A stretch of DNA of 64,000 nt from an uncultured Verrucomicrobiae bacterium (GCA_963764165.1 CAVXRD010000004.1:464164-528163), one strand, 5' to 3'. Numbered from the stretch's first letter, positions 44,601-52,983 are shown. The notes: generated from the letters alone by a model not told the origin. Program-made: numbers and translations.

Positions 44601-44935
44601 AACAGTTCTTGATCAAAAATGGAATCTATAGCTAAGGAGATTACAGCAGACCATTTCAACGCGGAAATTCGTTTGATGTATTGATAGGCTTTCTGTCCTT
44701 TCAGGAATGCCTGAATAAACCCCTTTATGTCGTTTGGATCGATCCCCTGATCCACCGCGTGCTGTGCGTTCTGCAGATAGTTCTGAGTGCCATTCCCTCC
44801 CCATTTTGACGCGATCCCCGCTGACAAGTCGTGGTAAAAATCGCCTTCCGCGGTGATCCCGGGCCCGAAAATTAACCCCATCCGGCCGCGGAACAGCGGC
44901 TCGGCTTCGTCAATCGTAATGGTTTGCACGCCCAT
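41696..44935 (-). CDS. SIR2-like N-terminal domain / P-loop STAND NTPase / helical-repeat protein (Avs5-like architecture)
   Basis: GRMGLIFGPGIT (aa 17-28); ISLAIDSIFDQE (aa 99-110); KLLG (aa 143-146). Walker A GSAASGKT (aa 351-358) and Walker B VFFFIDD (aa 407-413). About 600 aa of helical C-terminal region. Confidence 0.7.
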   Translation of the reverse strand: MGVQTITIDEAEPLFRGRMGLIFGPGITAEGDFYHDLSAGIASKWGGNGTQNYLQNAQHAVDQGIDPNDIKGFIQAFLKGQKAYQYIKRISALKWSAVISLAIDSIFDQELLRERERKPTASIPTQVLDFPQPLPPKCVPIFKLLGNTEEHFVYTDLIYTARRPTWRFAVQDFADKVQGNPVVCLGLKGSLWSFIDLLSQMLSDRKTFIDPLVLVKTEFTQKEYNAILQLTSGKLHVVFVDAGLPELISRLKDLEGAGQTQPLALYKKESEFDRLIPFNDIVTVVNAQLVSQISEGERVRLLDLLFSPNLPSWDPFFHKLDFRRTIENQLQDSILKPPRITRALPVYALVGSAASGKTTIAKRLAYDLAFKGNLVFWFRRSFYPNVQTSLGHFFKTLSSITDNKRRVFFFIDDPVGLGSLSVSSIAASAQNNGIRCTFVVVVRTSDWKTNDPEDLIGTLELQREFNLLDDFDAQEIASFPNYLVHLNVFPDKGKAQAELANFPSRGTADTLGLLYWLLPKTRQSIEASIQEEYLRLGERGGLSRVIIGAYNKTSAFLKQAYAMAAVCDHYHTPLPVEVLVSALDISYREWVDAVDQKGPAWGLLYGEATPDGATKCYRPRNSVVTRTLIETINGGKLAHTGEVERLLTLLKACTGTSLVYREFSVSILVPCSKLNHLEYSDGLQLYDTALSALPLPDRTLVHQKGLWIKSKGNDPLFAKSVLETALVTRSYPYTDRVEADEHVHTSLAATILDAADAGRVRLEESLPEILRHLDHARSDAFFNSRAVHVQANLMLRLISELNDIASADIFTLLNQALDAVDSSLLVLKNPLRPARDQPTKDIEFLEDISGKLQARTAPLDELKASAEDLWLQFKRPEGFVIAARKMLNVAREKNAGSAYNDAFAYCKRIIEMVQAENLSPSGDLCAAAASIYYEWNVSRYDSKVRNRVIDWAFLFELGRTVLATAKYSGDPFYKFVCAVALVQQHKWAEAEPMFSQLRRARIPREQLHDPRAVLLDSEGVRKTVQGVITGDSEVHYLKVEEFGRDFLLSRHERWPRQGEIAHAYIAIAFAGPIAVQSLT

Positions 44936-45114
44936 CTGCTTCCGAGTACGAGACTACGCCCGAATATCCCGAAGAAGCAAACCCATTCTGCCTACTGATC
45001 CAGTTTCTGCTGACGCCCCTTTTGAACGCGATCTGGGTCGGTCCATCAAGGGTGAACGGCAAACGCGCATTTCGGATTTGGATTCTGCTTTGGCGCGGGT
45101 ATCCTCTGAGCGAC

Positions 45115-45389
45115 ATGCCCACCCGTGCCGCGAAGCCAAGGAATCGGAACGCGCAAGCCATAATTTTGCGACGACACATTGGTCGGTGGTTTTGGCTGCG
45201 GGGCGGCAGGACACCGCTCGCGCTCGCGGAGCTTTGGAGAACCTTTGCCAGACTTACTGGTTTCCGCTCTATGCTTATGTTCGGCGAAATGGGCGGCCTC
45301 CGGAAGGTGCCAAAGATCTGACGCAGGGTTTTTTTATTCGGCTGATAGACCATCAATCGCTGGCCAATGCCGACGGTTCTTATCCCTAA
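45115..45389 (+). pseudogene. 5' fragment of an ECF-type sigma-70 factor gene (frameshifted and truncated)
   Basis: HNFATTHWSVVLAAGRQDTARARGALENLCQTYWFPLYAYVRRNGRPPEGAKDLTQGFF is a typical N-terminus of PVC/Acidobacteria ECF sigma factors. The ATG at 45115 is in a different frame, and the ORF ends at the relB repeat junction. Confidence 0.5.
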
Positions 45390-45604
45390 AACTCATCCGC
45401 CAGCGAATTGCGGCGGGCGGGCGGGCTCAGAACCTCGTCTTCCGGGCTGTCTGCCTGGACAGGGAACGGGATGGCCCGCCGTGTCATGATCTGCTTGTAA
45501 AAAAGCTCCAATGCCGCCCGCGGTTTCAGGCCAATCTCTTCCAAGACGGCTTCAGCCTGGCGTTTTAGCACGGGGTCAATACGGCTTCTGGCTCCTGCGC
45601 CCAT
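45386..45604 (-). CDS. RelB/DinJ-family antitoxin, orphan copy (toxin gene lost)
   Basis: Near-identical to 52538..52756. Only about 4 codons of the mazF-like partner remain downstream. Confidence 0.65.
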   Translation of the reverse strand: MGAGARSRIDPVLKRQAEAVLEEIGLKPRAALELFYKQIMTRRAIPFPVQADSPEDEVLSPPARRNSLADEF

Positions 45605-45650
45605 GAGATCAATGTGGCCAAACTTAGCCTTCTGTCAAAAGCTCAAGCCA

Positions 45651-48626
45651 TTATTCGCGCAACCTGAAGAACATGGTTCCCGAGGCGGTCGAGATGGTGA
45701 CGCTCCGGGTCGTGCCGTTGTCGGTAACCGGCGCGGTAACCGGACTCCAGCCGGAACCGCCGAGGTCGGAGGTCTGCTCGAGGACGTAGCCAGATTGGGA
45801 CGAGGGCCAGGAGATTACGATGGTGGAGGCGCTGCCGCCGCCGCTTCCGGCCCGGGTTAGCACGATTTGAAGTGAGGGATGCGGTGGCGTGGCTTCGGCC
45901 AGGCTGAATGCAAAAATCGTACCGCGGCCCGCAGCTCCTCCGTTGGCGGTGGTGGTGTAAAGCGTGTTCCCAATGATGGTGACGCCGGAATACGGATTGG
46001 CGCCGTCGAGATTGGTCTGGACAAAAAGGTTGGTGTCGGAGTTGAGCGCACTGAACGAGTAAAGGGTCACAAAACCGCTGCCGTCGTTGGTGTCCACTTC
46101 GAAAATCGTGCCGGAACTGTTCGCGCCTCCGCCCTCGGCCGTGCCGTACAAAGTCGCGCCGTTCAGCAGCAGCGCGCCTTCGGGATTCATGCCGTCGCTG
46201 TTGGTTTCAAGCAGCGTGGCGAAGTCGTATTGCGACTGGCTGAAGCTGTGGAGAACGGCGTAGCCGGAGCCGTCGGTGTTGATCTTGAAGACGCTGCCGC
46301 TGGAATTCGTGCCGCCAAGGCGGGTTGTGCCAAAGAGGGTGTTGCCCGCCTGGATCAGGCCGCCGTAAGGCTGGCCGAAGCCGTCGGCAAAGTTATGCAG
46401 CACATGAAAACCATTGCCACTGACGTTCACGGCGAAGAGCGCGCCCTCGCCGTTGGCGCCGCCCTGGCTGGCCGTGCCGTAAAGTGTGACGCCATCGCTG
46501 CCAAGCAGAAGAGGCGCGAGCGGATAGGCGCCGTCCGCGTTGGTCAGGCTGTAATTGGCCGTGTCGAACGTCACGGCCGAGAACTGATGGATAGGCGCGA
46601 GACCGCCCTCGCCAGCCGAGAAGATCGTCCCGGTATTGTTCGCTCCGCCGTAGCCGGTGTTGCCGTAGACCAAATTGCCGACGACAATGACGCCGCTGGG
46701 AAAGCTGCCTTGGCTGAAATCGCAAAGGGTGCTGAAGCCGGAGCCGTTGGTGCCAATGCTAAAGACCGTCCCGCCGCCAAACGCGCCCCCGGTTTGGGCC
46801 GTGCCGTAAAGCGCATCGCCGACGCAAACCAACGTCGCCACCGGCGACGCGCCGTCCACGTTGGTCTGGCCGATGGTAGGCAGCGCGCTGAATTGGTAAA
46901 GTTCATCGAGGACGCCGTCACCGTTCGTGTCCAACGAATAAATGGTGCCTGAACCGAAATCGCCGCCTTTGGACATGACGCTGAAAAATCGACCGCCAGC
47001 CAGCGTGAGGCCGGCCCGGGGATTCGCACCGTCGCTGTTGGTGGAAGCATTGAGATTGGTGTTGTAACTATAGCCCTTGGCGCCGAAGGTGTAAGCCGTC
47101 TGGCAGCCGGCCGAGATGCTGGGGCCGAGCGAGCCGGGAGCCGTGCCGTTGGTGTTGGTCACGGTAAGAACCACGCCGTAGACGCCGGCATTGGTGAACG
47201 TATGCGCTGGATTTTGATTGGTGCTGGTCGAGCCGTCCCCGAATTTCCAGAGCCAATTAGTGATCGGCACCTCAAGCACGTCCGCGGAAGGCGCCGTAAA
47301 CTGCACCGCGAGCGGCGGTGGCCCGTTGGTCGGGGTGGCGGTGAAGACGACCAACGGGTAGTAGGCGGTGATGTTCGAGCCGCTCACCGAAATGGCGAGA
47401 CCCAAATTATTGGTCACGGTGAGCTTGGGAGTGTAAGACTTGGTTTTGGTCGAGAGATACTCGGTTTCGGGATTTTGGAGCGTGCTGAAAGTGTTATTGC
47501 CGAAGCTCCAATTCCACGAGACGATGGGGTTTCCAGCCGTGTCCTCGGACGGCCCATAAAACTGCACCAGAAGCGGCATGAACCCGTTGGTGGCCGAGAT
47601 CGAGAAATCGGCGCTCGGCGCGCCGACGGAGATGTTCGAAGGGCCGACGCCGGAAACCGCCACGCCATAAATGTTGGTGGCGACAAGGCTTACAACAAAG
47701 TTTGTATTCGTGACGTAGGTATGGGACGGGTTTTGCAGCGTGCTCGTGACGCCATCACCGAAATTCCAATTCCAGTTCGAGATGGCCGAGCCGCTGCTGT
47801 CGATGTTCGTGGCGTCGAATTGGACGGTGAGCGAAGCAGGGCCGTTGGTGGTGGACGCGGTGAAAGGGAGAGTGACGGCGGTGGGTGTGTAGACGATCGT
47901 GGCCTTGAGAGAAGCGGTGGCTTGGGCGGTGAAGGTAGTCACGGCAATTTCACCTTCCAAAGGTCCATTGGTCGTGAGCGACATATTGGTGTTGATCTTA
48001 TTCGTCCACGGGATGCCCGCATTCGTGAGCGTGGTATAGAACGACCACGATTCGATAGCATCCAACGCCAGATCAGCGCCGTATCCCTCGTACAAATCCT
48101 GGAAGGGCGCGCCAGAATTAAGGGTGGCAAGCGTCTCCCAGCCATAGAGGGCGGCGGCGCTCAAAAAGACGTTCGACCCGCCCGTCTCGCTCGATGGAAT
48201 GAAATACCAAAAGCCGTTCGATCCAAGGTAGGTGGCGCTGAGGTCGTCCGACCCGGGATAGGGACCCGAGTAGTCATCGTCCTGCGTCCACTGGCCGTTT
48301 ACCGTCGTGGTGATATTTGACGCCGTGCAAGCCGCAATCAGCAAATTGGTGCCCTGAGCCCAAACGGGAAATTGTTCCTGGCCTATGATCGAGATGGTCA
48401 GATTGTCATTTTCTTGAATCGACTCGACCTCGACACCAGTCAGGACACCGTCGTTGTAGATGTTTAGGGAGCCTGTCCCGGAACCGGAGCTGGAGCCGCT
48501 GGCGCTAAGGTTGAGTTGAACGGAAATCGTCCCCACCAGGTTGGATTGGGCCCTGGCAGTGGATTGAACGGAAAGGCAGGCCAACAGGGCAGCCATGATG
48601 GCGGCGAAAAAATATAAGTTCTTCAT
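45651..48626 (-). CDS. secreted protein with PKD domains and Gloeo_Verruco (GloVer) repeats
   Basis: Signal peptide. Three repeats of the type FGDGxTSTxQNPxHTY (PKD). Repeated GGxxGxGTIF...LYGTA units (GloVer-type). Confidence 0.8.
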   Translation of the reverse strand: MKNLYFFAAIMAALLACLSVQSTARAQSNLVGTISVQLNLSASGSSSGSGTGSLNIYNDGVLTGVEVESIQENDNLTISIIGQEQFPVWAQGTNLLIAACTASNITTTVNGQWTQDDDYSGPYPGSDDLSATYLGSNGFWYFIPSSETGGSNVFLSAAALYGWETLATLNSGAPFQDLYEGYGADLALDAIESWSFYTTLTNAGIPWTNKINTNMSLTTNGPLEGEIAVTTFTAQATASLKATIVYTPTAVTLPFTASTTNGPASLTVQFDATNIDSSGSAISNWNWNFGDGVTSTLQNPSHTYVTNTNFVVSLVATNIYGVAVSGVGPSNISVGAPSADFSISATNGFMPLLVQFYGPSEDTAGNPIVSWNWSFGNNTFSTLQNPETEYLSTKTKSYTPKLTVTNNLGLAISVSGSNITAYYPLVVFTATPTNGPPPLAVQFTAPSADVLEVPITNWLWKFGDGSTSTNQNPAHTFTNAGVYGVVLTVTNTNGTAPGSLGPSISAGCQTAYTFGAKGYSYNTNLNASTNSDGANPRAGLTLAGGRFFSVMSKGGDFGSGTIYSLDTNGDGVLDELYQFSALPTIGQTNVDGASPVATLVCVGDALYGTAQTGGAFGGGTVFSIGTNGSGFSTLCDFSQGSFPSGVIVVGNLVYGNTGYGGANNTGTIFSAGEGGLAPIHQFSAVTFDTANYSLTNADGAYPLAPLLLGSDGVTLYGTASQGGANGEGALFAVNVSGNGFHVLHNFADGFGQPYGGLIQAGNTLFGTTRLGGTNSSGSVFKINTDGSGYAVLHSFSQSQYDFATLLETNSDGMNPEGALLLNGATLYGTAEGGGANSSGTIFEVDTNDGSGFVTLYSFSALNSDTNLFVQTNLDGANPYSGVTIIGNTLYTTTANGGAAGRGTIFAFSLAEATPPHPSLQIVLTRAGSGGGSASTIVISWPSSQSGYVLEQTSDLGGSGWSPVTAPVTDNGTTRSVTISTASGTMFFRLRE

Positions 48627-48822
48627 AACAAGGCTTCGCGATGACCGCGCTCACGCAACGGCACATCCCTCTACAGACCCCTTTTGGGAAAAAGGTTACA
48701 GAAAGAATGACGCCGCAAACCGACCCATCCCTGGCCACCAGATTCAACCTCCATCCGAGCATCCAGCCCCAAAAAAATGGAAATGGCGCAGGATCATCAC
48801 ATGATCTCCAGGAGTGGCAAAT

Positions 48823-49140
48823 GGTTCCTCGCCATTTTCGGTGAAATGAGACAACTCGTTAGCCGTCGTTGCGGGACAACCCATTTGGAATCCAGGGTTG
48901 GTCTTTGGTTGGCCAAAGCTCGGTATAGTATATGGTCTCGAAAAAGGGGCAACACCCGCTACACGGTTGACCATCAACGAGATAAGGGGCAACAAAAATA
49001 GCAACAAACCCGCAACAGACCCGCAACATTTCTTCCCGCGCTGTCGGGTTGCATGAAACGCGGCGTCATTCCGTCGTTCCCTGAAATTTTCATCAAGATG
49101 CCCGCACCATCATTTGTTCCATTGAAGACAGTGAGGAACC
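48823..49140. mobile_element. MITE-like 318-bp element bounded by diverged ISL3-type inverted repeats and carrying a GCAACA hexamer array
   Basis: GGTTCCTCGCCATTTTCGGTGAAATGAG (48823-48850) matches the IS IRL at 23/28. 49113-49140 matches the IS IRR at 19/28. Flanks TGGCAAAT and CTGCAAAA are only similar, so there is no clean TSD. Confidence 0.45.
48949..49028. repeat. GCAACA hexamer array (H1-H6) with the same spacing as the GTCACA array
   Basis: Hexamers at 48949, 48958 (GCTACA), 48989, 49001, 49012 and 49023. Spacings are 9/31/12/11/11, against 9/31/12/10/13 in the IS-corrected 35.9-kb array. Confidence 0.7.
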
Positions 49141-49151
49141 CTGCAAAAGCA

Positions 49152-49179
49152 GCTACAGGCCCGCTACAAACCCGTTACA
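49152..49179. repeat. half array GCTACA-GCTACA-GTTACA at 11-bp phasing
   Basis: Starts 12 nt after the IRR-like end at 49140, as H4 starts 12 nt after the IS IRR at 37302. Confidence 0.6.
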
Positions 49180-49919
49180 TTTCATCTGAGCCGGGGCGAT
49201 TCAGTTCGCATGGGGAGCGCACGCGCCTCGCGTGCAGTGTTCCGCGCCCTCGCGGAACACATTTGACGGACAAACCAATTAGTGCGCCGAATTCTCGAAG
49301 GCGACTGGCGTGGGCGTCAGTCGTCCACACCCGAGGGCGGGTGTGCTCCCCGTGATACGAACTGCATCGTTCCGGCTAAGAGGGTTGCAATGGAATGAAA
49401 CCATGTGCTTTCATGGCGTTTTGGACATGCTCCTTCGTCGAGTTTGGGCTGCGGCCTGTCACAGACCCCAAATTGCCCCGCCGAGCCAGACGGCGCAACC
49501 ATATGACGAACCGCAGTAGGAAATTGCGTGACGGGATGTGACTAGCGGGAGGCCGATTTCTCACCGGCTTCTGATCAAGCTCCTCAGAGTCTAAACTCGC
49601 TTTGCCTTGATTCCAAATGCGGGGGGGCAAACTGAAATGGGAAGATTCTGCGCATTCAACCCGGCTTTGCTCGAATTGCAGCGCAAAGAGACGCTCAATG
49701 CCGCTAATGAACCAGCCTTCGTCGTCCTTCCAGGAGGGGGTTACGACCCGCGAGCCGGTCCCAATGGCGCTGCTCCTTCGAGCGTACGAAAGGAAATGGG
49801 GTGGCCGGTATGGCCCAATGATGTGACCGCCGTTACGAACGCTGTCGCTCAAATCGGGCCCTAAATGCTGCGAGGACGCCTGGGCGTGACGGACGGGTTA
49901 TTGCCCTGTCCAATTGTAA

Positions 49920-50754
49920 ATAAATACGAGACGAATCGAACGCGGGAAAAAATTCGATGGCGGCTTTACACTTGTAGAATTGCTGGTGGTCATCGCGATC
50001 ATCGGCATTCTGGCGGCCTTGCTGCTTACGGGGATATCAAAGGCCAAGGGTATCGCCCAATCCGCCACCTGCAAAAACCATCTGCACCAAATGGGACTGG
50101 CCTTGCAAATGTACGTGGATGAACACCACGGCAAATATCCGTTTTACCACGGCTTGCCAGACCATGCGTTGGACGATCCAGTTGGCGCTTACAACTCCGG
50201 GTTTTGGTGGGCTAAGCTTCTGCCTTATTATCCCCTCAAAGTGGTTGGACCCGGCATACCACTGTCCGGGATACAAAGGCGCGATCGAAGAGTCGGCAAG
50301 AATTCCAGGCGGTTGGTTTCCTCCTCTCGGCAGCTATGCTTACAATGAGCGGGGGGCGGTTGATTTGGGCGGAAATCCCATCACAACCAACGGCCTGCTG
50401 CTGGGGTTGGGGGGCCGTCCCAGCCGGAAGTCGGGAACAGCTTCTGAAAATCATTCGGAAGATCAAATAGCGGTGCCGAGCGAGATGTTTGCCATTGGTG
50501 AATCCAGATGGAATGTCCCGGATAAAAGATCCGGCGGACATAGAGGTGGTTTTGATTACATGCAAATCGGCGCGCTGGCGACTCGGGGAATTTTCAAATT
50601 TGACCCGGCAAGGCACGGGAAGAACTACAATCAACTATTTTGCGATGGCCATGTGGGGTCGATGAATCCCTGGGTGCTGTTCAACCAAACGAATACGGCC
50701 GCCATGTGGAATTACGACCATCTGCCTCATCCGGAATTCTGGACACCGTTTTAA
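49920..50754 (+). pseudogene. DUF1559-type prepilin (type IV pilin-like N-terminus), no start codon and a frameshift near 50236-50245
   Basis: [23 protein letters not shown] has no in-frame ATG/GTG/TTG upstream. The frame changes at YYPLK|[11 protein letters not shown], at an AAA run. The C-terminus has the FCDGHV motif. Confidence 0.65.
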
Positions 50755-51020
50755 CAATGACCACGAAGCCCAAAAGCGGCTGCACCGTTCAGCTTGTCAA
50801 ATTCCGCCGCGTTAGCTCGATGGAATAAGGATCATCAGCCGCACCCTGAGCTGGTCTATTAGCGAAATGCCGCTTTATGTAACCGGTCACTTCAAAACCA
50901 GTCAGTCGGGCTCGAATTAAAACCAGCCCTTTGAACGTGACTGATTCATTTCAGGTTTCTTAATGCAGAACAGGGACTTTTCCATTTTCCCAACATTTAC
51001 TGGCGCAGCGGGCAATGCCG

Positions 51021-51356
51021 TTACGTCCCACAAGCGTCCTCCTGCAACGGACGATTCAGGCCAGGGTGTTTCCGCCGGTTCCGCTTGAAAATCAGCAGAG
51101 AGCCAGTTGGGATGCCCAACCAAATCGCGAAAAAAGCCATCTCGTATGCTGCTGTCGCCACTTTAAGCTGTTCCCAGGTCCAACTTGGAGAAACCGTGTC
51201 ACCAGCCCCTTTGTGTGTGTCCATATCCTCAAAGAATGAGCCGAATCCAACGTCATCCGTGCATTGAAACGCCCGATGCTCAATCTGAATATTCCAAGGA
51301 ACCAGTGTGACGAATAAAGAAAACAATGACCAGCCAACGGCCAAGATGCCGAACAT
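51021..51356 (-). CDS. hypothetical small membrane protein
   Basis: Two predicted TM segments (MFGILAVGWSLFSLFVTLVPW; AYEMAFFAIWLGIPTGSLLIF). No similarity recognised. Confidence 0.3.
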   Translation of the reverse strand: MFGILAVGWSLFSLFVTLVPWNIQIEHRAFQCTDDVGFGSFFEDMDTHKGAGDTVSPSWTWEQLKVATAAYEMAFFAIWLGIPTGSLLIFKRNRRKHPGLNRPLQEDACGT

Positions 51357-51723
51357 GAAGATGGTCTCCAGTTACTTCAAGGCGTCTCGCCCTGCGCAAC
51401 GGCGGTTCGCAGCTCGCGATTCTTCGGCGAACCCCAAGGCGACCAAATTGATCTCTTGGGTTTATTTGCGGGCTTCATTTCAAGCCTTATAACGACTGCG
51501 CCAATGTAGCGAGGATTAAGACGGACTTCAATCAAACAAGCTTCTTTGATAACTTTTTGATGGATTGGGCTCGCATCTTAATTGGCCTAAACATCGGGCT
51601 TATGCAATCTTGTTGCCTGATGCATCATGCGCGCAACGTTTCTTGGGGCCGTCCTGCCAGTTCGACGGACTGGCCGGCTGCGCCAATCGGACGTTTCATG
51701 CAAATCGAACGATAGGCAAATTT

Positions 51724-52215
51724 ATGAACTTCGCACTCGAAACACCCGTTCTGCAGCCTGTTGAAACCACCGTTGTGGCCGCCACTGTGACGCCGCTCGT
51801 CATTCGGGATTTCTTCAAGAAGAACACCCAGGTGAAATTCGCCACGGTTTATGCCCAGTTCGAGGACCGGTTCTTTCGTAAGACTGAAGAGCCGATTGCT
51901 GAATTGACGTATCTCAAATATAAGCTGCTGCGGATCGCGCCAGACGGCGCCATCATTACAGAACTCGGCGGCGAAGCAAAAGCCGAAGGTACAGTGACGG
52001 CGGCTTTGGAGTTTGTGAAGAAACAAGGTCACGGTGAGCCGGGCATCTTGCAGACAAATGGCTATGCGAACATCTTCTACGCCAGGGATCGAAAGGGCGT
52101 GCTTTGCGCGATTCGCCTTGGTTTGGCCGACGATGGCTGGGTGATTGATGCCATCCCGGTGGAGGACCCTTCTGCATGGAATGGCCAGCACCTGATATTC
52201 TGTCCGCGGTCTTAA
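51724..52215 (+). CDS. hypothetical protein (163 aa)
   Basis: Start taken at MNFALETPVLQ inside ORF 51565..52215. Convergent with the mazF-like gene, overlapping it by 4 nt. Confidence 0.45.
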   Translation: MNFALETPVLQPVETTVVAATVTPLVIRDFFKKNTQVKFATVYAQFEDRFFRKTEEPIAELTYLKYKLLRIAPDGAIITELGGEAKAEGTVTAALEFVKKQGHGEPGILQTNGYANIFYARDRKGVLCAIRLGLADDGWVIDAIPVEDPSAWNGQHLIFCPRS

Positions 52216-52535
52216 AGATTCAACCAGCGCTTGAGCGCGGCTTCCACTTCACTTATGACCCGCGCATCAAATTTTCCTGGAGCTCTGCGGATAAATTCGG
52301 TGAACTTCACCGGCTGGATGCTTTGAACGTTAATGTAGCTTTGCTCCCGCAGCCACGGCACGCGAGGCAGGCTGACCTCGTAAGGCGTCTCCTCAAACTG
52401 TGTGGTAATCAAAACCACGCTGGCGAGGGCCAGTCGGGCATCGGTTTTAGCCGCCAGAACGAGCACATAACGAGGTTTACCCACCATGCCTAAATCTATG
52501 AACCAAACTTCGCCGGGTTGCGGGACGGTTCTCAT
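52212..52535 (-). CDS. MazF/PemK-family toxin (mRNA interferase-like)
   Basis: PQPGEVWFIDLGMVGKPRYVLVL...VVLITTQ...QSYINVQSIQPVK fits the PemK/MazF pattern. Lies 2 nt downstream of the antitoxin gene. Confidence 0.75.
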   Translation of the reverse strand: MRTVPQPGEVWFIDLGMVGKPRYVLVLAAKTDARLALASVVLITTQFEETPYEVSLPRVPWLREQSYINVQSIQPVKFTEFIRRAPGKFDARVISEVEAALKRWLNL

Positions 52536-52537
52536 CC

Positions 52538-52756
52538 CTAAAACTCATCAGCCAGCGAATTGCGGCGGGCAGGCGGGCTTAGAACGTCGTCTTCCGGGCT
52601 GTCTGCCTGGACAGGAAACGGGATTGCCCGGCGTTTGATGATCTGCTTGTAAAAAAGCTCCAATGCCGCGCGCGGCTTCAGGCCGATCTCTTCCAAGACG
52701 GCTTCAGCTTGGCGTTTCAGCTCAGGGTCAATGCGGCTTCTGGCTACTGCGCTCAT
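52538..52756 (-). CDS. RelB/DinJ-family antitoxin
   Basis: MSAVARSRIDPELKRQAEAVLEEIGLKPRAALELFYKQIIKRRAIPFPV is DinJ-like. TTGACA -35 hexamer, and an ATG close enough to the putative -10 for a near-leaderless transcript. Confidence 0.7.
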   Translation of the reverse strand: MSAVARSRIDPELKRQAEAVLEEIGLKPRAALELFYKQIIKRRAIPFPVQADSPEDDVLSPPARRNSLADEF

Positions 52757-52983
52757 GCGCCCAATGTGGCCCAAGCGTAGCCTTTTGTCAAAGGGCCCGG
52801 CAATCGGTTTCGAACATGGATTTGGCACCCATCATAGCTTGCAACTCCCCTTTATGTGGTATGGTGAAACGTCCCGGCTTCCCCTAACCTTCTTGGATTG
52901 AGCAGCCAGACTTGGCAAGTGTGAAAGTGTTTTGCTTTGCGGAAATACATTTGTGAGGATGTGTCGGCGATTCCAAACAATTT

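Noticed and set aside
46475-46809. TGCCGTAA occurrences at 46475-46482 and 46802-46809
   Set aside because: They lie inside the minus-strand GloVer-repeat gene and are the reverse complement of the recurring LYGTA codons. They are not intergenic and not followed by starts, so they do not count as copies of the prophage box.
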